This document shows, in pieces, positions 10,304 through 20,823 of a stretch of 45,521 nt of DNA. The DNA comes from Aquifex sp. (GTDB lineage: Bacteria > Aquificota > Aquificia > Aquificales > Aquificaceae), in contig QNXQ01000121.1 of the NCBI GenBank assembly GCA_003978875.1, positions 1-45,521 of the forward strand. Direction: 5' to 3'. A program made the translations under genes and the position numbers. Each line of letters starts with the position of its first letter. Position 1 is the first letter of the stretch. The notes under the pieces were generated by a model. The model saw only the letters and a list, made by a program, of their open reading frames with translations. It was not told where the DNA came from and searched no databases.

Positions 10304-11290
10304 TTACACCTTATTATTATGACCTTCTTCATAAGACAATACTTCCTCAATAAGCTTCAAGGCTTCCAATGAGGAACTTACCTTTGCTAGGTTTTTCCAA
10401 GCTATATCGTAAGCAGTTCCATGGTCGGGAGAAGTTCTAATGAAGGTAAGACCAAGAGTAACATTCACACCCTTATCGAAAGCTATCAACTTAAAGGGAA
10501 TAAGTCCCTGGTCATGATACATAGCTAAGAATACATCATCTTTTTCTCTATTTATAAAAGCCGTATCGGGGACAATAGGGCCCTCTACAAAAATTCCTTT
10601 ATTTCTTACTTCCTCTATAGCGGGAGTTATTTCTTCTATTTCCTCACGACCTAACTCACCCATTTCTCCTGCGTGGGGATTAAGTCCGAGAACTTTTATC
10701 TTAGGTTCTCGGCGAAAAAGTCTTTTATACTCCCTGTCTATTAATAGAACTTTTTCAATAATACTTTCTTTCGTTATTTTTCGGGGAACTTCCGAAATAG
10801 GGATATGGGTTGTAAGTAAAACGACTTTTATATCTTCGGAATACATCATCATAGCAAATTCTTTTGTACCAGAAGCATTGACAAGGTATTCGGTTTGACC
10901 GTTAAACTGAAAACCTGCTTTTTTTGCCCAAAATTTGTTTATGGGCATGGTTAATATTCCATGGATATTGCCTCTTACAGCATCAGCCGTTGCTCTAGCA
11001 AGGTATGCAACCGCAGCCTTGCCGGAAGCGGGAGAAGGTTCAGGAACGGGTACTTTTAATATATTTAAATCTATTAGATATATACCTTTATCTTTTATAT
11101 CTTCTGCTCTTTCAACTTTTTTATAATCCAGGTGTAAGCCAGTAAGATTTTGGGCTTCCTTTAGCGTTTTCTCTTCTCCGTATATTATGTAGGCAAAATC
11201 TCCTACAAAATGTTTTGAGATTTTAAGTATAATTTCTGGACCTACACCGGCAGGGTCTCCCAAGGTGATTCCTATTTTTTTAAGTTTCAT
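10304..11290 (-). CDS. pdxA: 4-hydroxythreonine-4-phosphate dehydrogenase
   Basis: ITLGDPAGVGPE, TTHIP, GLNPHAGE, MYHDQGL, RTSPDHGTA; start moved to ATG 11290. Confidence 0.96.
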   Translation of the reverse strand: MKLKKIGITLGDPAGVGPEIILKISKHFVGDFAYIIYGEEKTLKEAQNLTGLHLDYKKVERAEDIKDKGIYLIDLNILKVPVPEPSPASGKAAVAYLARATADAVRGNIHGILTMPINKFWAKKAGFQFNGQTEYLVNASGTKEFAMMMYSEDIKVVLLTTHIPISEVPRKITKESIIEKVLLIDREYKRLFRREPKIKVLGLNPHAGEMGELGREEIEEITPAIEEVRNKGIFVEGPIVPDTAFINREKDDVFLAMYHDQGLIPFKLIAFDKGVNVTLGLTFIRTSPDHGTAYDIAWKNLAKVSSSLEALKLIEEVLSYEEGHNNKV

Positions 11291-11627
11291 AATATTCGGC
11301 ACCGCAGTTTTCCGTTTCCCAAACAACCACTTTCACTACGGAAGGATACTTCTCTTTAACCTTATAGTAAAGCCATTTTGCTACATTCTCCGCACTAGGA
11401 GAGAAATCGAAAACCTCGTTCAGAAGCTTATAATCCGGGAGAATTTCTTTAAGATATTTATCTATCTCCACGAAATCTATTCCCATTCCTCCTTTATCGA
11501 GTTCATCAGCTTTGAGGTATACTTCCACAGTCCACGTGTGTCCGTGGAGTGGCTCAGGACTGCCGTGGTAATCGGTCAGAAAATGAGCTGCGTAGAACTT
11601 TCTTTTTACCCTTATAGTCCAAGGCAT
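11280..11627 (-). CDS. queD: 6-carboxy-5,6,7,8-tetrahydropterin synthase (PTPS family)
   Basis: FYAAH, LHGHTW, SAEN, WET motifs; start moved to ATG 11627. Confidence 0.85.
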   Translation of the reverse strand: MPWTIRVKRKFYAAHFLTDYHGSPEPLHGHTWTVEVYLKADELDKGGMGIDFVEIDKYLKEILPDYKLLNEVFDFSPSAENVAKWLYYKVKEKYPSVVKVVVWETENCGAEYYET

Positions 11628-11664
11628 TCTACTTATTTTATTCATTTTCTGTGACTCATATTTC

Positions 11665-11747
11665 TTGATTTTTATCAGTAATATTGACAAACTTTTCTAA
11701 AATTCGTAATATCCATATATATGATGAACATCAGGTGATGTTCATCA
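11665..11747 (+). promoter_or_regulatory. napA promoter with three TGAT-N4-ATCA (FNR/DNR-like) boxes
   Basis: TTGACA 11684-11689, 17 bp, TAATAT 11707-11712; boxes at 11666-11677, 11722-11733 and 11736-11747. Confidence 0.65.
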
Positions 11748-11765
11748 ATTTGGTGGAGGTGTAAG

Positions 11766-14636
11766 ATGGAACAAAAGAATAAAAGTGCAACAAAAGTAAG
11801 CAGGAGAGAATTTTTAAAACTCTCCGCAGCAGCTGCTGCAGCTGCTGCCGTAGGAATACCTGTTCCTGAAGATGTTCAGGCAGCTGCAAAAGAAGCCCAA
11901 AGTGGATGGCAATGGGATAAAGCTGTATGTCGTTTCTGCGGAACCGGTTGTGGAATAATGGTAGCTACCAAAAATGACAGAATCGTTGCGGTAAAAGGAG
12001 ACCCACTAAACCCGGTAAACAGAGGTCTCAACTGTATTAAAGGGTACTTCACCGCAAAGATAATGTACGGCGAAGACAGATTAACGAAGCCACTCTTGAG
12101 AATGAACGAAAAAGGAGAGTTTGATAAGAAAGGTAAATTCAGACCCGTAAGCTGGCAGAAAGCTTACGAAATAATGGTCAAAAAATTCAAAGAGGCGTAT
12201 AACGAACTGGGTCCGGAAGGAATTGCAATATTTGCTTCGGGACAGTACACGATAATGGAAGGATATGCAGCTGCAAAGCTTATGAAGGCAGGCTTTAGAA
12301 GCAATAACATAGACCCTAACGCAAGACACTGTATGGCTTCAGCAGTTGCAGCGTTCATTCAAACATTCGGTATAGACGAACCCGCTGGATGTTATGACGA
12401 TATAGAACTTACAGATACTTTCGTCGTTTGGGGCTCCAATATGGCAGAAATGCACCCAGTTCTATGGGCAAGGGTACTCGATAGAAAACTCTCAGACCCA
12501 GAAAGAGTAAAAATAGTGGTTCTCTCAACCTTCAGACACATGACCATGGACGGAGCGGATATAGACATAATCTTTAAACCTCAAACAGACTTACTTATTC
12601 AAAACTATATCCTCAGGGAAATAGTCTACAACCATCCGGAAGCAATAGATTGGGATTTCGTTAATAACTACTGTGCATTTGCAACGGGATACATAGACAT
12701 AGGCTACGGAATGAGAGGAAACCCCGATCATCCCAAGTATAGCAAGAAAGAAAAAGAAACGATGATTAAAGAAGTAGTAAAAGTTATCTCCAAAGACGAG
12801 GCTAAAGCTCTCAGCGTATACGGACTCAAAGAAGGCGATAAACTCGAAATGAAACACAGAAAACAGGCAGGAAAACACTGGGTAATTACCTTTGAAGAAT
12901 TCAAGAAAGCGCTAGAACCCTACACTCTTGACTACGTTGCAGAAGTTGCAAAAGGAGATCCCGACGAACCCTTAGAAGAATTCAAGAAGAAACTAAAAGC
13001 ATTGGCAGACCTTTACATAGAAAAGGGAAGAAAAGTAGTTTCCTTCTGGACAATGGGATTCAATCAACACACCAGAGGAACTTGGGTTAACGAGCAAGTT
13101 TATGCGATACACCTCCTCTTAGGAAAGCACGCTAAACCAGGTAATGGAGCTTTCAGCTTAACAGGACAACCTTCCGCTTGTGGAACAGCAAGAGAAGTAG
13201 GAACATTTGCTCACAGACTCCCAGCAGATATGGTGGTATTCAATCCTAAACACAGAGAAATAGCTGAAAAGATATGGAAGATACCCAAGGGAACCATTAA
13301 CCCGAAAGTAGGTTCGGATATCGTTCAAATAATGAGAGACCTCGAAGACGGTAAGATAAAGTGGGCTTGGGTTCACGTATGTAACCCATGGCAGGATACG
13401 GCAAATGCGAATCACTGGATAAAGGCAGCAAGAGAAATGGATAACTTCATAGTAGTATCCGACGCATATCCCGGCATTTCTGCAAAAGTAGCTGATTTGA
13501 TACTTCCTTCCGCAATGATTTACGAAAAGTGGGGAGCTTACGGAAATTCCGAAAGAAGAACACAACACTGGAGACAACAAGTTACTCCTCCCGGTGAAGC
13601 AATGCCGGATGAATGGCAGATTATAGAGTTCTCTAAGTTCTTCAAATTGAAAGAATGCTGGAAGGAATGGAAACTGAGAGATGGAACTGTTTTACCCAAT
13701 GTACTTGAAGAAGCTAAGAAGATGGGATACGACCCCGAAATGACTCTCTATGACGTATTGTTCTCCGAAGAAGCTTTCAAGAGGACAATACCCCACGTAG
13801 ACCTAAGATGGCCTCAACCTGTTGCTTATAACCCTGAAACGGGCAGATTACATTTAAATACATCCGCAGCTGGAGACAAGAGAAACGTCAAAGGTGTAGA
13901 CGGAAAGCCGTGGAAGGGATACGGATTCTTCATACAAAAAGCTCTTTGGGAAGAGTACAGACTGTTTGGTTTGGGACACGGACACGACCTTGCAGACTTT
14001 GATACCTATCATAAAGTGAGAGGACTCAGATGGCCTGTAGTTGACGGAAAAGAAACTCCTTGGAGATTCAACGCAAAATACGACCCGTATGCAAGGAAAT
14101 ACGGTAAAGGAAAAGAATTTGCGTTCTACGGTCCTGCACTTAAGAAGATACCTAAAGGTAGTTTACCCAAACTGGAGAATGGAGAATGGAAGGTTGAATT
14201 TGGAGAAGTAGTCGACTTAACCAACAGGGCAAAGATATTCTTCAGACCTTATATGGAACCTCCCGAAGTTCCCGATAAAGAATACCCGTTCTGGCTATGT
14301 ACAGGTAGAGTTCTGGAACACTGGCACTCCGGTACTATGACTATGAGAGTTCCCGAACTTTACAGGTCAATGCCCGAAGCACTATGCTATATGCACCCAG
14401 AAGATGCTAAGAAGATAGGAGTAAAAGATGGTGACATTGTATGGATTGAATCCAGAAGAGGTAGGGTAAAAGCAAGAGTTTCCACCAGAGGTAGAAATAG
14501 ACCACCGAGAGGTCTCGTATTCGTACCGTGGTTTGACGAAAGAGTTTACATCAACAAGGTAACCCTCGATGCAAGATGTCCTATATCCAAACAAACGGAC
14601 TACAAGAAATGTGCAGTCAAAATCTACCCAGCTTAA
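11766..14636 (+). CDS. napA: Periplasmic nitrate reductase catalytic subunit
   Basis: Tat signal [15 protein letters not shown]...C [4Fe-4S], [29 protein letters not shown]. Confidence 0.98.
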   Translation: MEQKNKSATKVSRREFLKLSAAAAAAAAVGIPVPEDVQAAAKEAQSGWQWDKAVCRFCGTGCGIMVATKNDRIVAVKGDPLNPVNRGLNCIKGYFTAKIMYGEDRLTKPLLRMNEKGEFDKKGKFRPVSWQKAYEIMVKKFKEAYNELGPEGIAIFASGQYTIMEGYAAAKLMKAGFRSNNIDPNARHCMASAVAAFIQTFGIDEPAGCYDDIELTDTFVVWGSNMAEMHPVLWARVLDRKLSDPERVKIVVLSTFRHMTMDGADIDIIFKPQTDLLIQNYILREIVYNHPEAIDWDFVNNYCAFATGYIDIGYGMRGNPDHPKYSKKEKETMIKEVVKVISKDEAKALSVYGLKEGDKLEMKHRKQAGKHWVITFEEFKKALEPYTLDYVAEVAKGDPDEPLEEFKKKLKALADLYIEKGRKVVSFWTMGFNQHTRGTWVNEQVYAIHLLLGKHAKPGNGAFSLTGQPSACGTAREVGTFAHRLPADMVVFNPKHREIAEKIWKIPKGTINPKVGSDIVQIMRDLEDGKIKWAWVHVCNPWQDTANANHWIKAAREMDNFIVVSDAYPGISAKVADLILPSAMIYEKWGAYGNSERRTQHWRQQVTPPGEAMPDEWQIIEFSKFFKLKECWKEWKLRDGTVLPNVLEEAKKMGYDPEMTLYDVLFSEEAFKRTIPHVDLRWPQPVAYNPETGRLHLNTSAAGDKRNVKGVDGKPWKGYGFFIQKALWEEYRLFGLGHGHDLADFDTYHKVRGLRWPVVDGKETPWRFNAKYDPYARKYGKGKEFAFYGPALKKIPKGSLPKLENGEWKVEFGEVVDLTNRAKIFFRPYMEPPEVPDKEYPFWLCTGRVLEHWHSGTMTMRVPELYRSMPEALCYMHPEDAKKIGVKDGDIVWIESRRGRVKARVSTRGRNRPPRGLVFVPWFDERVYINKVTLDARCPISKQTDYKKCAVKIYPA

Positions 14637-14647
14637 AGAGGTGAGAA

Positions 14648-15487
14648 ATGACAGATAAAAAACCTGACCCGAAACGCAGGAAGCTCCTCGTGGGCTTCCT
14701 GCAGGGTATCGGTTTTTCCATCGTAGGTGGTGTAGTTTGGTCTGCTATAGTCACAGAAAACAAAAAAGACCCTTTGGTTCTAAGACCACCCGGTGCCTAT
14801 CCCGAAGAAGAGTTTCTAAAGAAATGTATAAAATGTGGTCTCTGCGTAATAGCCTGTGCAAATAGGGAAAATGTACCCTTCGATAGACAAGGAAATAAAA
14901 TGGTAACACTGAAACTCGCAACTCCCGGTGATGGAAAACCTATTGGAACACCTTACTTCATACCGAGACAGGTTCCATGTTATATGTGCATTGACATCCC
15001 GTGTGCTTTCGCGTGCCCGACAAAAGCCCTTGACGTTGAGCTTTTGAGAAACGAAAAGGGAGAGGTTGATATAAACAAAGCCCGTATGGGAGTTGCAGTA
15101 GTTGATTACAACAGCTGCATAGCATTCTGGGGATTGCAATGCGACGCCTGTGTAAGAGCCTGTCCATTAATGTACAAAGCAATCTATATAGATGTGAGGA
15201 GAAACAGAAGAACGGGTAAACATGCCATGCTCGTCCCGGTTGTAGACCCGGATTACTGTACAGGTTGCGGACTATGTGAATTCGCATGTCCCACAGATAA
15301 ACCTGCCATATTTGTCCTACCCAGAGATGTAGCTCTCGGAAAGATAGGTAAACACTACGTAAGAGGCTGGATGGAAACGGAAGAAAACGTAGAAGAGAAG
15401 ATAAAAGAAAGAGAAAAAGAACTGCAAAAGTGGCAGCCCAAAACACCTGAGGATTATTTAAATACGGAGGATTTGCTTAATGAGTAA
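14648..15487 (+). CDS. napG: Ferredoxin-type quinol dehydrogenase subunit NapG
   Basis: Twin-Arg leader, LRPPGA, multiple CxxCxxCxxxCP clusters. Confidence 0.95.
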   Translation: MTDKKPDPKRRKLLVGFLQGIGFSIVGGVVWSAIVTENKKDPLVLRPPGAYPEEEFLKKCIKCGLCVIACANRENVPFDRQGNKMVTLKLATPGDGKPIGTPYFIPRQVPCYMCIDIPCAFACPTKALDVELLRNEKGEVDINKARMGVAVVDYNSCIAFWGLQCDACVRACPLMYKAIYIDVRRNRRTGKHAMLVPVVDPDYCTGCGLCEFACPTDKPAIFVLPRDVALGKIGKHYVRGWMETEENVEEKIKEREKELQKWQPKTPEDYLNTEDLLNE

Positions 15488-16364
15488 TGCTGTAGCTATT
15501 ACAAAATCTCAAGAAAGAGAGGGAGAAAAAACTAAATCTTTTCTTGCACGAAATAAGTACCTGATACTCCGTAGAATTACCCAAATAGGCATACTCGGCC
15601 TTTACATAGGCGGAAACTATCTAGGTTGGAAAATCCTTCAGGGAAATCTGAGCACTTCCAAGTTCTTGGAGGTAATTCCGTTATCAGACCCGTACGCAGT
15701 TCTTCAGATGTTCTTCTCGGGAGCAATAGTAGGAGTGGATGTGATAATCGGAGCTTTGTTGATACTGGCTTTCTACGGACTTATAGCCGGCAGGGCATTC
15801 TGCAGTTGGGTGTGTCCCGTAAATATGTTTACAGATGCGGCAAACTGGATAAGGGTAAAAACCGGACTTCACAAAGAAGAAAAAAGGATTAACATCCCCC
15901 GCAGTACAAGGTACTGGTTCTTAGTTTTAGGTTTGATACTTTCACCTATTTTGGGAGTACCAGCTTTTGAATTCATTAGTCCTATATCCGTGACCCACAG
16001 GGGAATTATTTTCGGAATCGGACTTGGCTGGACGTTAATTTTGGCTATATTCCTTTTTGACCTTTTTGTAGTAAAAAACGGCTGGTGCGGTCATTTATGC
16101 CCTCTAGGAGCTTTCTATTCCCTTATAAGTAAACCCGCATCGCTACTGAGGGTAGGATACGACCTAAATAAGTGTACCGAGTGTATGGAGTGTAAACGTG
16201 TATGTCCGGAAGTACAAGTCCTATGGATGATAGGTAAAGAAAACAAACCCGTCCTATCTGGTGAATGTACAAACTGCGGAAGGTGTATAGATGTTTGCCC
16301 TGAAAATGCCCTTTTTTACACTTTAAGGTTTAAAAAATCAGGAGGTGATAAAAATGAAACTTAA
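15480..16364 (+). CDS. napH: Quinol dehydrogenase membrane subunit NapH
   Basis: GRAFCSWVCP, GWCGHLCPLG, two C-terminal ferredoxin motifs. Confidence 0.95.
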   Translation: MSNAVAITKSQEREGEKTKSFLARNKYLILRRITQIGILGLYIGGNYLGWKILQGNLSTSKFLEVIPLSDPYAVLQMFFSGAIVGVDVIIGALLILAFYGLIAGRAFCSWVCPVNMFTDAANWIRVKTGLHKEEKRINIPRSTRYWFLVLGLILSPILGVPAFEFISPISVTHRGIIFGIGLGWTLILAIFLFDLFVVKNGWCGHLCPLGAFYSLISKPASLLRVGYDLNKCTECMECKRVCPEVQVLWMIGKENKPVLSGECTNCGRCIDVCPENALFYTLRFKKSGGDKNET

Positions 16365-16896
16365 AAAAGCTCTTTTGGTTTTCTTAGGTTGTTCATCTTT
16401 GGCATCTCTTATTGTAGCTAAAGAGGTTATAGCTCCGGAAGAATTAGGGATTAGAAAAGCTCCATTAGAAAAAGAAGTAGTAACTCCTCCTAAACTGGAG
16501 TATCCAAAAGCTCCTCCCGGGCAATCTAAAAGGTTTAAAAGAGCTTACGAAAATGCTCCCCCCCAAATTCCTCACAGCATAGAAGGTATGTTCCCTATAA
16601 CTCTCAAAAACAATGCTTGTTTAAGTTGTCACATGCCCGACGTAGCGAAGCAAATAGGTGCTACACCACTACCTCCCACCCACTTTATGGATTTCTACTA
16701 TTTACCGAAGGGTAAAGCTCCACAGCTCACGGATGTTGACAAGGCAAGGTGGAATTGTTTACTCTGTCACAGACCCCAAGCAAACGTCAAACCGGTTGTG
16801 AAAAACCTATTTAAGCCAGAGTTTAGAGTTCCACAAGCCAAAGAAAGGTCAAGACTACACGAAGTCATATACGAGGGTGTAGGTGTGAAGAAATGA
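16354..16896 (+). CDS. napB: Diheme cytochrome c NapB
   Basis: Signal peptide, APPQIPH, CLSCH and CLLCH; SD GGAGGTG before ATG 16354. Confidence 0.95.
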   Translation: MKLKKALLVFLGCSSLASLIVAKEVIAPEELGIRKAPLEKEVVTPPKLEYPKAPPGQSKRFKRAYENAPPQIPHSIEGMFPITLKNNACLSCHMPDVAKQIGATPLPPTHFMDFYYLPKGKAPQLTDVDKARWNCLLCHRPQANVKPVVKNLFKPEFRVPQAKERSRLHEVIYEGVGVKK

Positions 16897-17918
16897 TGAA
16901 TATCTTTCTCTTCTTTTTTTTCCTCTATGCTATCTCCCTTGCCTTAGAGGTTAATTTAAAGGGAGCTATAACGGATATAGCTGTAGGTGGAAGTAAAATA
17001 GCCGTCTCAACGGAAAAGGGTAAAGTTTTTATCCTAAACAAGGGAAACCTCTCCGTAGAAAAGGAAATATCCTTACCGGAGTTTACGGATTTCATGGGAG
17101 AAAAACAAAAGGCAAAGGTCTTCAGCGTAGACTTATCTCCTTCGGAAAAGAAAGTTTTAATGGTAGTCGAATCAGACTTAGGAAAAAGAACCGTATTCCT
17201 CTTTGAAAACGAAACTCTGAAACCTATCCTTAAGCTCACGGACGCAAGTAAAGGTATGTTTTTAGACGAAGATAATATCATCCTCGGAACAATAGCGAAC
17301 GAGGTATGGCTCTACAACATAAAGGATAAGAAAACCGTCTACAAATATTTGGTTTTCAGGTTTGTTTTTTCCGATTTTGATATGAACAAAAACAGAAGTT
17401 TAATAGCTTGGGGAGATGAATCGGGAAAAGTATTTTTCATAGACCCTAAGAATGGAAAAGTAATAGGAGTGGGTACGGAAGGAAATAAAGATAAAATCTT
17501 TAAACTGAGTTTTGCAAAAAATAGAGTAATAGTTGGTGGAAGAGATAAAAAATCGGTAATATTCAACCTTAAAAACAAAATCACGGATAAGGAAGAATGG
17601 AAAGAAAAACTGGATGCTCCATCCTTGCTTAAAAATGTAAAAACTCAGTTTATAAACAGAGAACTTGAATTTATTCTTTTCCCAGAAAAAATTTACGAGT
17701 CAAAGTTTATGGTGTTTGCGGTAGCTATATCTCCAAATGAAAAATACGCGGTTTTTACCTCGGATGAGGAAGGCCATTTAACAGTAGTAGCTCCCGGAAT
17801 CGGGATTAAAAAAGTTCTCGATGCAGGTTGTTTTGTAAATGCTCTGGAATTTATAGACGATAAAAGGTTGCTTGTAGGATGTATTGACGGAATTTTAAAA
17901 GTAATGGAGGTACAGTGA
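16893..17918 (+). CDS. napL: WD40/beta-propeller nitrate reductase accessory protein, NapL-like
   Basis: Signal peptide, LPEFTDFMGE...KVFSVD motif, WD-like repeats; located between napB and napD as in Campylobacterota nap operons. Confidence 0.75.
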   Translation: MMNIFLFFFFLYAISLALEVNLKGAITDIAVGGSKIAVSTEKGKVFILNKGNLSVEKEISLPEFTDFMGEKQKAKVFSVDLSPSEKKVLMVVESDLGKRTVFLFENETLKPILKLTDASKGMFLDEDNIILGTIANEVWLYNIKDKKTVYKYLVFRFVFSDFDMNKNRSLIAWGDESGKVFFIDPKNGKVIGVGTEGNKDKIFKLSFAKNRVIVGGRDKKSVIFNLKNKITDKEEWKEKLDAPSLLKNVKTQFINRELEFILFPEKIYESKFMVFAVAISPNEKYAVFTSDEEGHLTVVAPGIGIKKVLDAGCFVNALEFIDDKRLLVGCIDGILKVMEVQ

Positions 17919-18265
17919 TGAATATTTCGAGCGTTGTCGTAAGATGTAAGCCTGAGGACCTTAACGAGGTTCTCCAATCCCTTGAAGATTCTGGGATGTG
18001 CGACGTTTACTTTTACGACGAAAGCGGAAAGATAGTTGTAGTGATTGAGGCAGAAGATGTAAAGGAAGAAGTCTTTAAAATGAAAGCTATTCAAAGCCTT
18101 CCCAAAGTTCTTTCTGCGGAACTTATATTCTCTTACAGCGACGAGTGGTCTGAGGCTAAAGAGTATCTTGATAAAAACGCCGACAGAGTTCCCAAAATTC
18201 TTAACGACGATAAGGTGAAAGCCGAAGATATCAAGTACCAAGGAAGGGTACCCAAATGGGTTTAA
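17918..18265 (+). CDS. napD: NapA signal-peptide chaperone
   Basis: MNISSVVV...GKIVVVIE...VLSA; operon position. Confidence 0.92.
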   Translation: MNISSVVVRCKPEDLNEVLQSLEDSGMCDVYFYDESGKIVVVIEAEDVKEEVFKMKAIQSLPKVLSAELIFSYSDEWSEAKEYLDKNADRVPKILNDDKVKAEDIKYQGRVPKWV

Positions 18266-18281
18266 CCCTTTTCTTTCTTTT
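18244..18281 (+). terminator. Intrinsic terminator after napD
   Basis: AAGGGT-ACCCA-AA-TGGGT-TTA-ACCCTT followed by a T-rich tract. Confidence 0.55.
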
Positions 18282-18312
18282 GCCAGATTTTTATGATTTT
18301 TAGATTAAAAAC

Positions 18313-18342
18313 TTGACATTGTGTAAATAAGCGTTTACTTTC
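18313..18342 (+). promoter_or_regulatory. norC sigma70 promoter overlapped by shared operator
   Basis: TTGACA 18313-18318, 17 bp, TACTTT 18336-18341; operator GTAAATAAGCGTTTACTTTC at 18323-18342. Confidence 0.6.
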
Positions 18343-18362
18343 ATAGATAGGAGGGGTGTAAG

Positions 18363-19043
18363 ATGAAGGTTGGCTGGTTAGAAGTCACCGTTGCAACCCT
18401 ATTCTTAACCCTTGTGTTAGGGGCAGTTTGGACAAGGGGTCGTAATTGGCTTGACCCCGAGTTTTGGAAAAGGTATGCAATAATCGGTTCAGCTATTATG
18501 TTCATAGCCCTTATCATCCTCACCTTCGATACCTTGGCAAAGACAAAGATAGGTAGCGATAGGGTACCTTCACCTACGGTAATCAACTACAAAATTGACT
18601 ACAAATACGACCCAGAAAAGGGTTACTTCAAACCCGTTATAGGACCGGAAAAAGAACTTCTCTTCGGAAAGGAGTACTCTGAAGAGGAAGCAATGGAATT
18701 GATAGTTAAAGGAAAACTTGTAATTCAAAGTAGGGCTTGTATGGATTGTCATACCCTCCTGGGAAATGGAGCTTACTACGCTCCTGACCTTACAAAAGCT
18801 TGGCTTGACCCTAAGTGGGAAAAGGTTATGATTGCCGCCACACAATCAAAAACAAAAGAGGAAGCCATGGTTAAGTTCCTTATGCATCCCGACAAGTATG
18901 CAACCTGGACGAGGAGAATGCCCAACTTGGACATCGACGAAGAAGAAGCTAAGGCTGTAGTTGCTTATCTAAAATGGATGGCTGCTATTAACACAAACGG
19001 TTTTCCTGACCACTTTGGTGAGTCAAAGTTAGTCAAGTTCTAA
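18363..19043 (+). CDS. norC: Nitric oxide reductase cytochrome c subunit
   Basis: N-terminal TM segments, CMDCHTLLGNGAYYAPDLT, RRMP, NTNGFP. Confidence 0.95.
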   Translation: MKVGWLEVTVATLFLTLVLGAVWTRGRNWLDPEFWKRYAIIGSAIMFIALIILTFDTLAKTKIGSDRVPSPTVINYKIDYKYDPEKGYFKPVIGPEKELLFGKEYSEEEAMELIVKGKLVIQSRACMDCHTLLGNGAYYAPDLTKAWLDPKWEKVMIAATQSKTKEEAMVKFLMHPDKYATWTRRMPNLDIDEEEAKAVVAYLKWMAAINTNGFPDHFGESKLVKF

Positions 19044-19060
19044 TAAAGGAGGTGTAGGCA

Positions 19061-20500
19061 ATGGAGAAGATTTTAACAAGATTTTGGGGGGATATTTCAA
19101 ACCTTCCAGAAAGTAGGAAGATAGCCCTCATGTATTGGACTGTCGCCATAGCTCTATTCGGAGCTCAACTCCTTTTCGGACTAATAGCAGCTTATCAGTA
19201 CATCAACCCGGACTTCCTCTATACAGTAATGCCCTTTAATATAACCAGAATGCTCCACATCAATGCGATGGTTGTATGGTTGTTGATGGGCTTTATAGGG
19301 GGTATCTACTGGCTACTTCCCGATGAAACAGGACGTGATGTAGTCGGTGCAAAACTCGGGAGAATAGCCTTCTACCTCCTTACGGGAGCGGTAGCAGTAG
19401 TAGTACTCGTATACATACTCGTTCAAATGGGTAAAGGTAACTTCTTCACCATGTGGTTTATCAATGAAGGAAGGGAATACATTGAAGCTCCGAGGTGGGC
19501 GGACATAGGTATAGTTGCTGTAATGGGTATTATCTACTACAACGTCCTTGCAACCGTTCTTAAAGCTAAAAAGATTACAGGTCTCCTGGGAGTCCTTCTC
19601 ATAGACTTAATTGCACTTGCCGGTTTGTATGTAGCAGGAATGTTCTTTACCCCTAATATCACTTATGACCAATTTTGGTGGTGGTGGGTTGTTCACCTAT
19701 GGGTTGAAGCTACTTGGGAAGTTCTCGTAGGAGTTTTAATGGGATGGGCTTTAATGCACGTACTCGGAACTCCCAGAAGGATTATAGAAGGATGGTTATA
19801 TCTCGAAGTTCTTCTGGTTTTCGGAACAGGTATTCTAGGACTGGGACACCACTACTACTGGATTGGAACTCCTGAGTACTGGCTCGGAATAGGTGGATTC
19901 TTCTCATCCTTAGAACCTATACCCTTGGTTGCTATGATTGTTCACGCGGTATACGACGCGGGTGTTCACAAACTGCAAACTGTTAATAGACCTGCACTAT
20001 TCTTCATATTCCTGCAAGCGTTCGGAAACTTCTTCGGTGCAGGAGTTTGGGGATTTATGCACACCTTACCTCAGATAAATCTCTATTCTCACGGAACTCA
20101 AATGGCAGCATCCCACGGACACCTCGCATTCTTCGGAGCGTATGTAGCTACAAACTTGGTTCTAATGTACATAGCTCTTCAACATATAAGGGCACCTCAT
20201 GGACCCATCTTGGATAGCAAAACCTGGAAAATTGCCTATGTTGGAATGATAGTTTCAATGGTAGGAATGGTAGGAGCACTGCTCGTAGCTGGATTTGCCC
20301 AAACGTTCTTCGAAAGGGCTATAGGTGGTGCAACCTGGCAGGATTACATCATGAGCCAAATGCATCCTTGGGTAAAAATACCCATGTACTGGAGGTTAGG
20401 ATTCGGAATACTATTCTTCATATTCTACTTCGTACTGGTATACGACATGCTTACAATAGGTAAGAAGAAAGTGGAAGCTGTGGAGGTAAAACCGGCATGA
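19061..20500 (+). CDS. norB: Nitric oxide reductase large subunit (cNOR)
   Basis: RMLHIN, GREYIE, WWWWVVHLWVEATWE, GHHYYWIG, LEPIP, HTLPQIN, HGHLAFFG. Confidence 0.97.
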   Translation: MEKILTRFWGDISNLPESRKIALMYWTVAIALFGAQLLFGLIAAYQYINPDFLYTVMPFNITRMLHINAMVVWLLMGFIGGIYWLLPDETGRDVVGAKLGRIAFYLLTGAVAVVVLVYILVQMGKGNFFTMWFINEGREYIEAPRWADIGIVAVMGIIYYNVLATVLKAKKITGLLGVLLIDLIALAGLYVAGMFFTPNITYDQFWWWWVVHLWVEATWEVLVGVLMGWALMHVLGTPRRIIEGWLYLEVLLVFGTGILGLGHHYYWIGTPEYWLGIGGFFSSLEPIPLVAMIVHAVYDAGVHKLQTVNRPALFFIFLQAFGNFFGAGVWGFMHTLPQINLYSHGTQMAASHGHLAFFGAYVATNLVLMYIALQHIRAPHGPILDSKTWKIAYVGMIVSMVGMVGALLVAGFAQTFFERAIGGATWQDYIMSQMHPWVKIPMYWRLGFGILFFIFYFVLVYDMLTIGKKKVEAVEVKPA

Positions 20501-20823
20501 TGAGGGATCCTTACGAAATAATCTGGGTGCTTGCTGCCGGCTTTTTCTACATACTTTTTGCCGGTGCTTATGCTTTTTCTTACACCATTTTCAAAATGAA
20601 TAAAAATCCTTTTTATAAACAACTGGCAATAGGTTTTCTTCTCGGAATGCTATACTGTGCGTATATTCTTATGACTAATGGTATATTTGACCCCTTCTGG
20701 AAATGGTTAATAGGAATAGCAACAACCGCTTACATATTTATTCCTTTCGGAATGTGGAAAGTTGTAATAAAGATTCACGAACACGAACGTGAATTAAAGA
20801 GAAGAGAAAGAGGGCTTCAATAA
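20497..20823 (+). CDS. Small 3-TM membrane protein, NorH-like third NOR subunit
   Basis: ATGA overlap with the norB stop, ~108 aa, three hydrophobic helices; same position and size as Thermus norH. Confidence 0.7.
   Translation: MMRDPYEIIWVLAAGFFYILFAGAYAFSYTIFKMNKNPFYKQLAIGFLLGMLYCAYILMTNGIFDPFWKWLIGIATTAYIFIPFGMWKVVIKIHEHERELKRRERGLQ

Noticed and set aside
11825-11850. GCA/GCT triplet repeat in napA
   Set aside because: Encodes the Ala-rich h-region of the Tat signal; mixed codons, not a contingency repeat
19676-19688. (TGG)4 repeat in norB
   Set aside because: Encodes the conserved WWWWVVHLWVE motif
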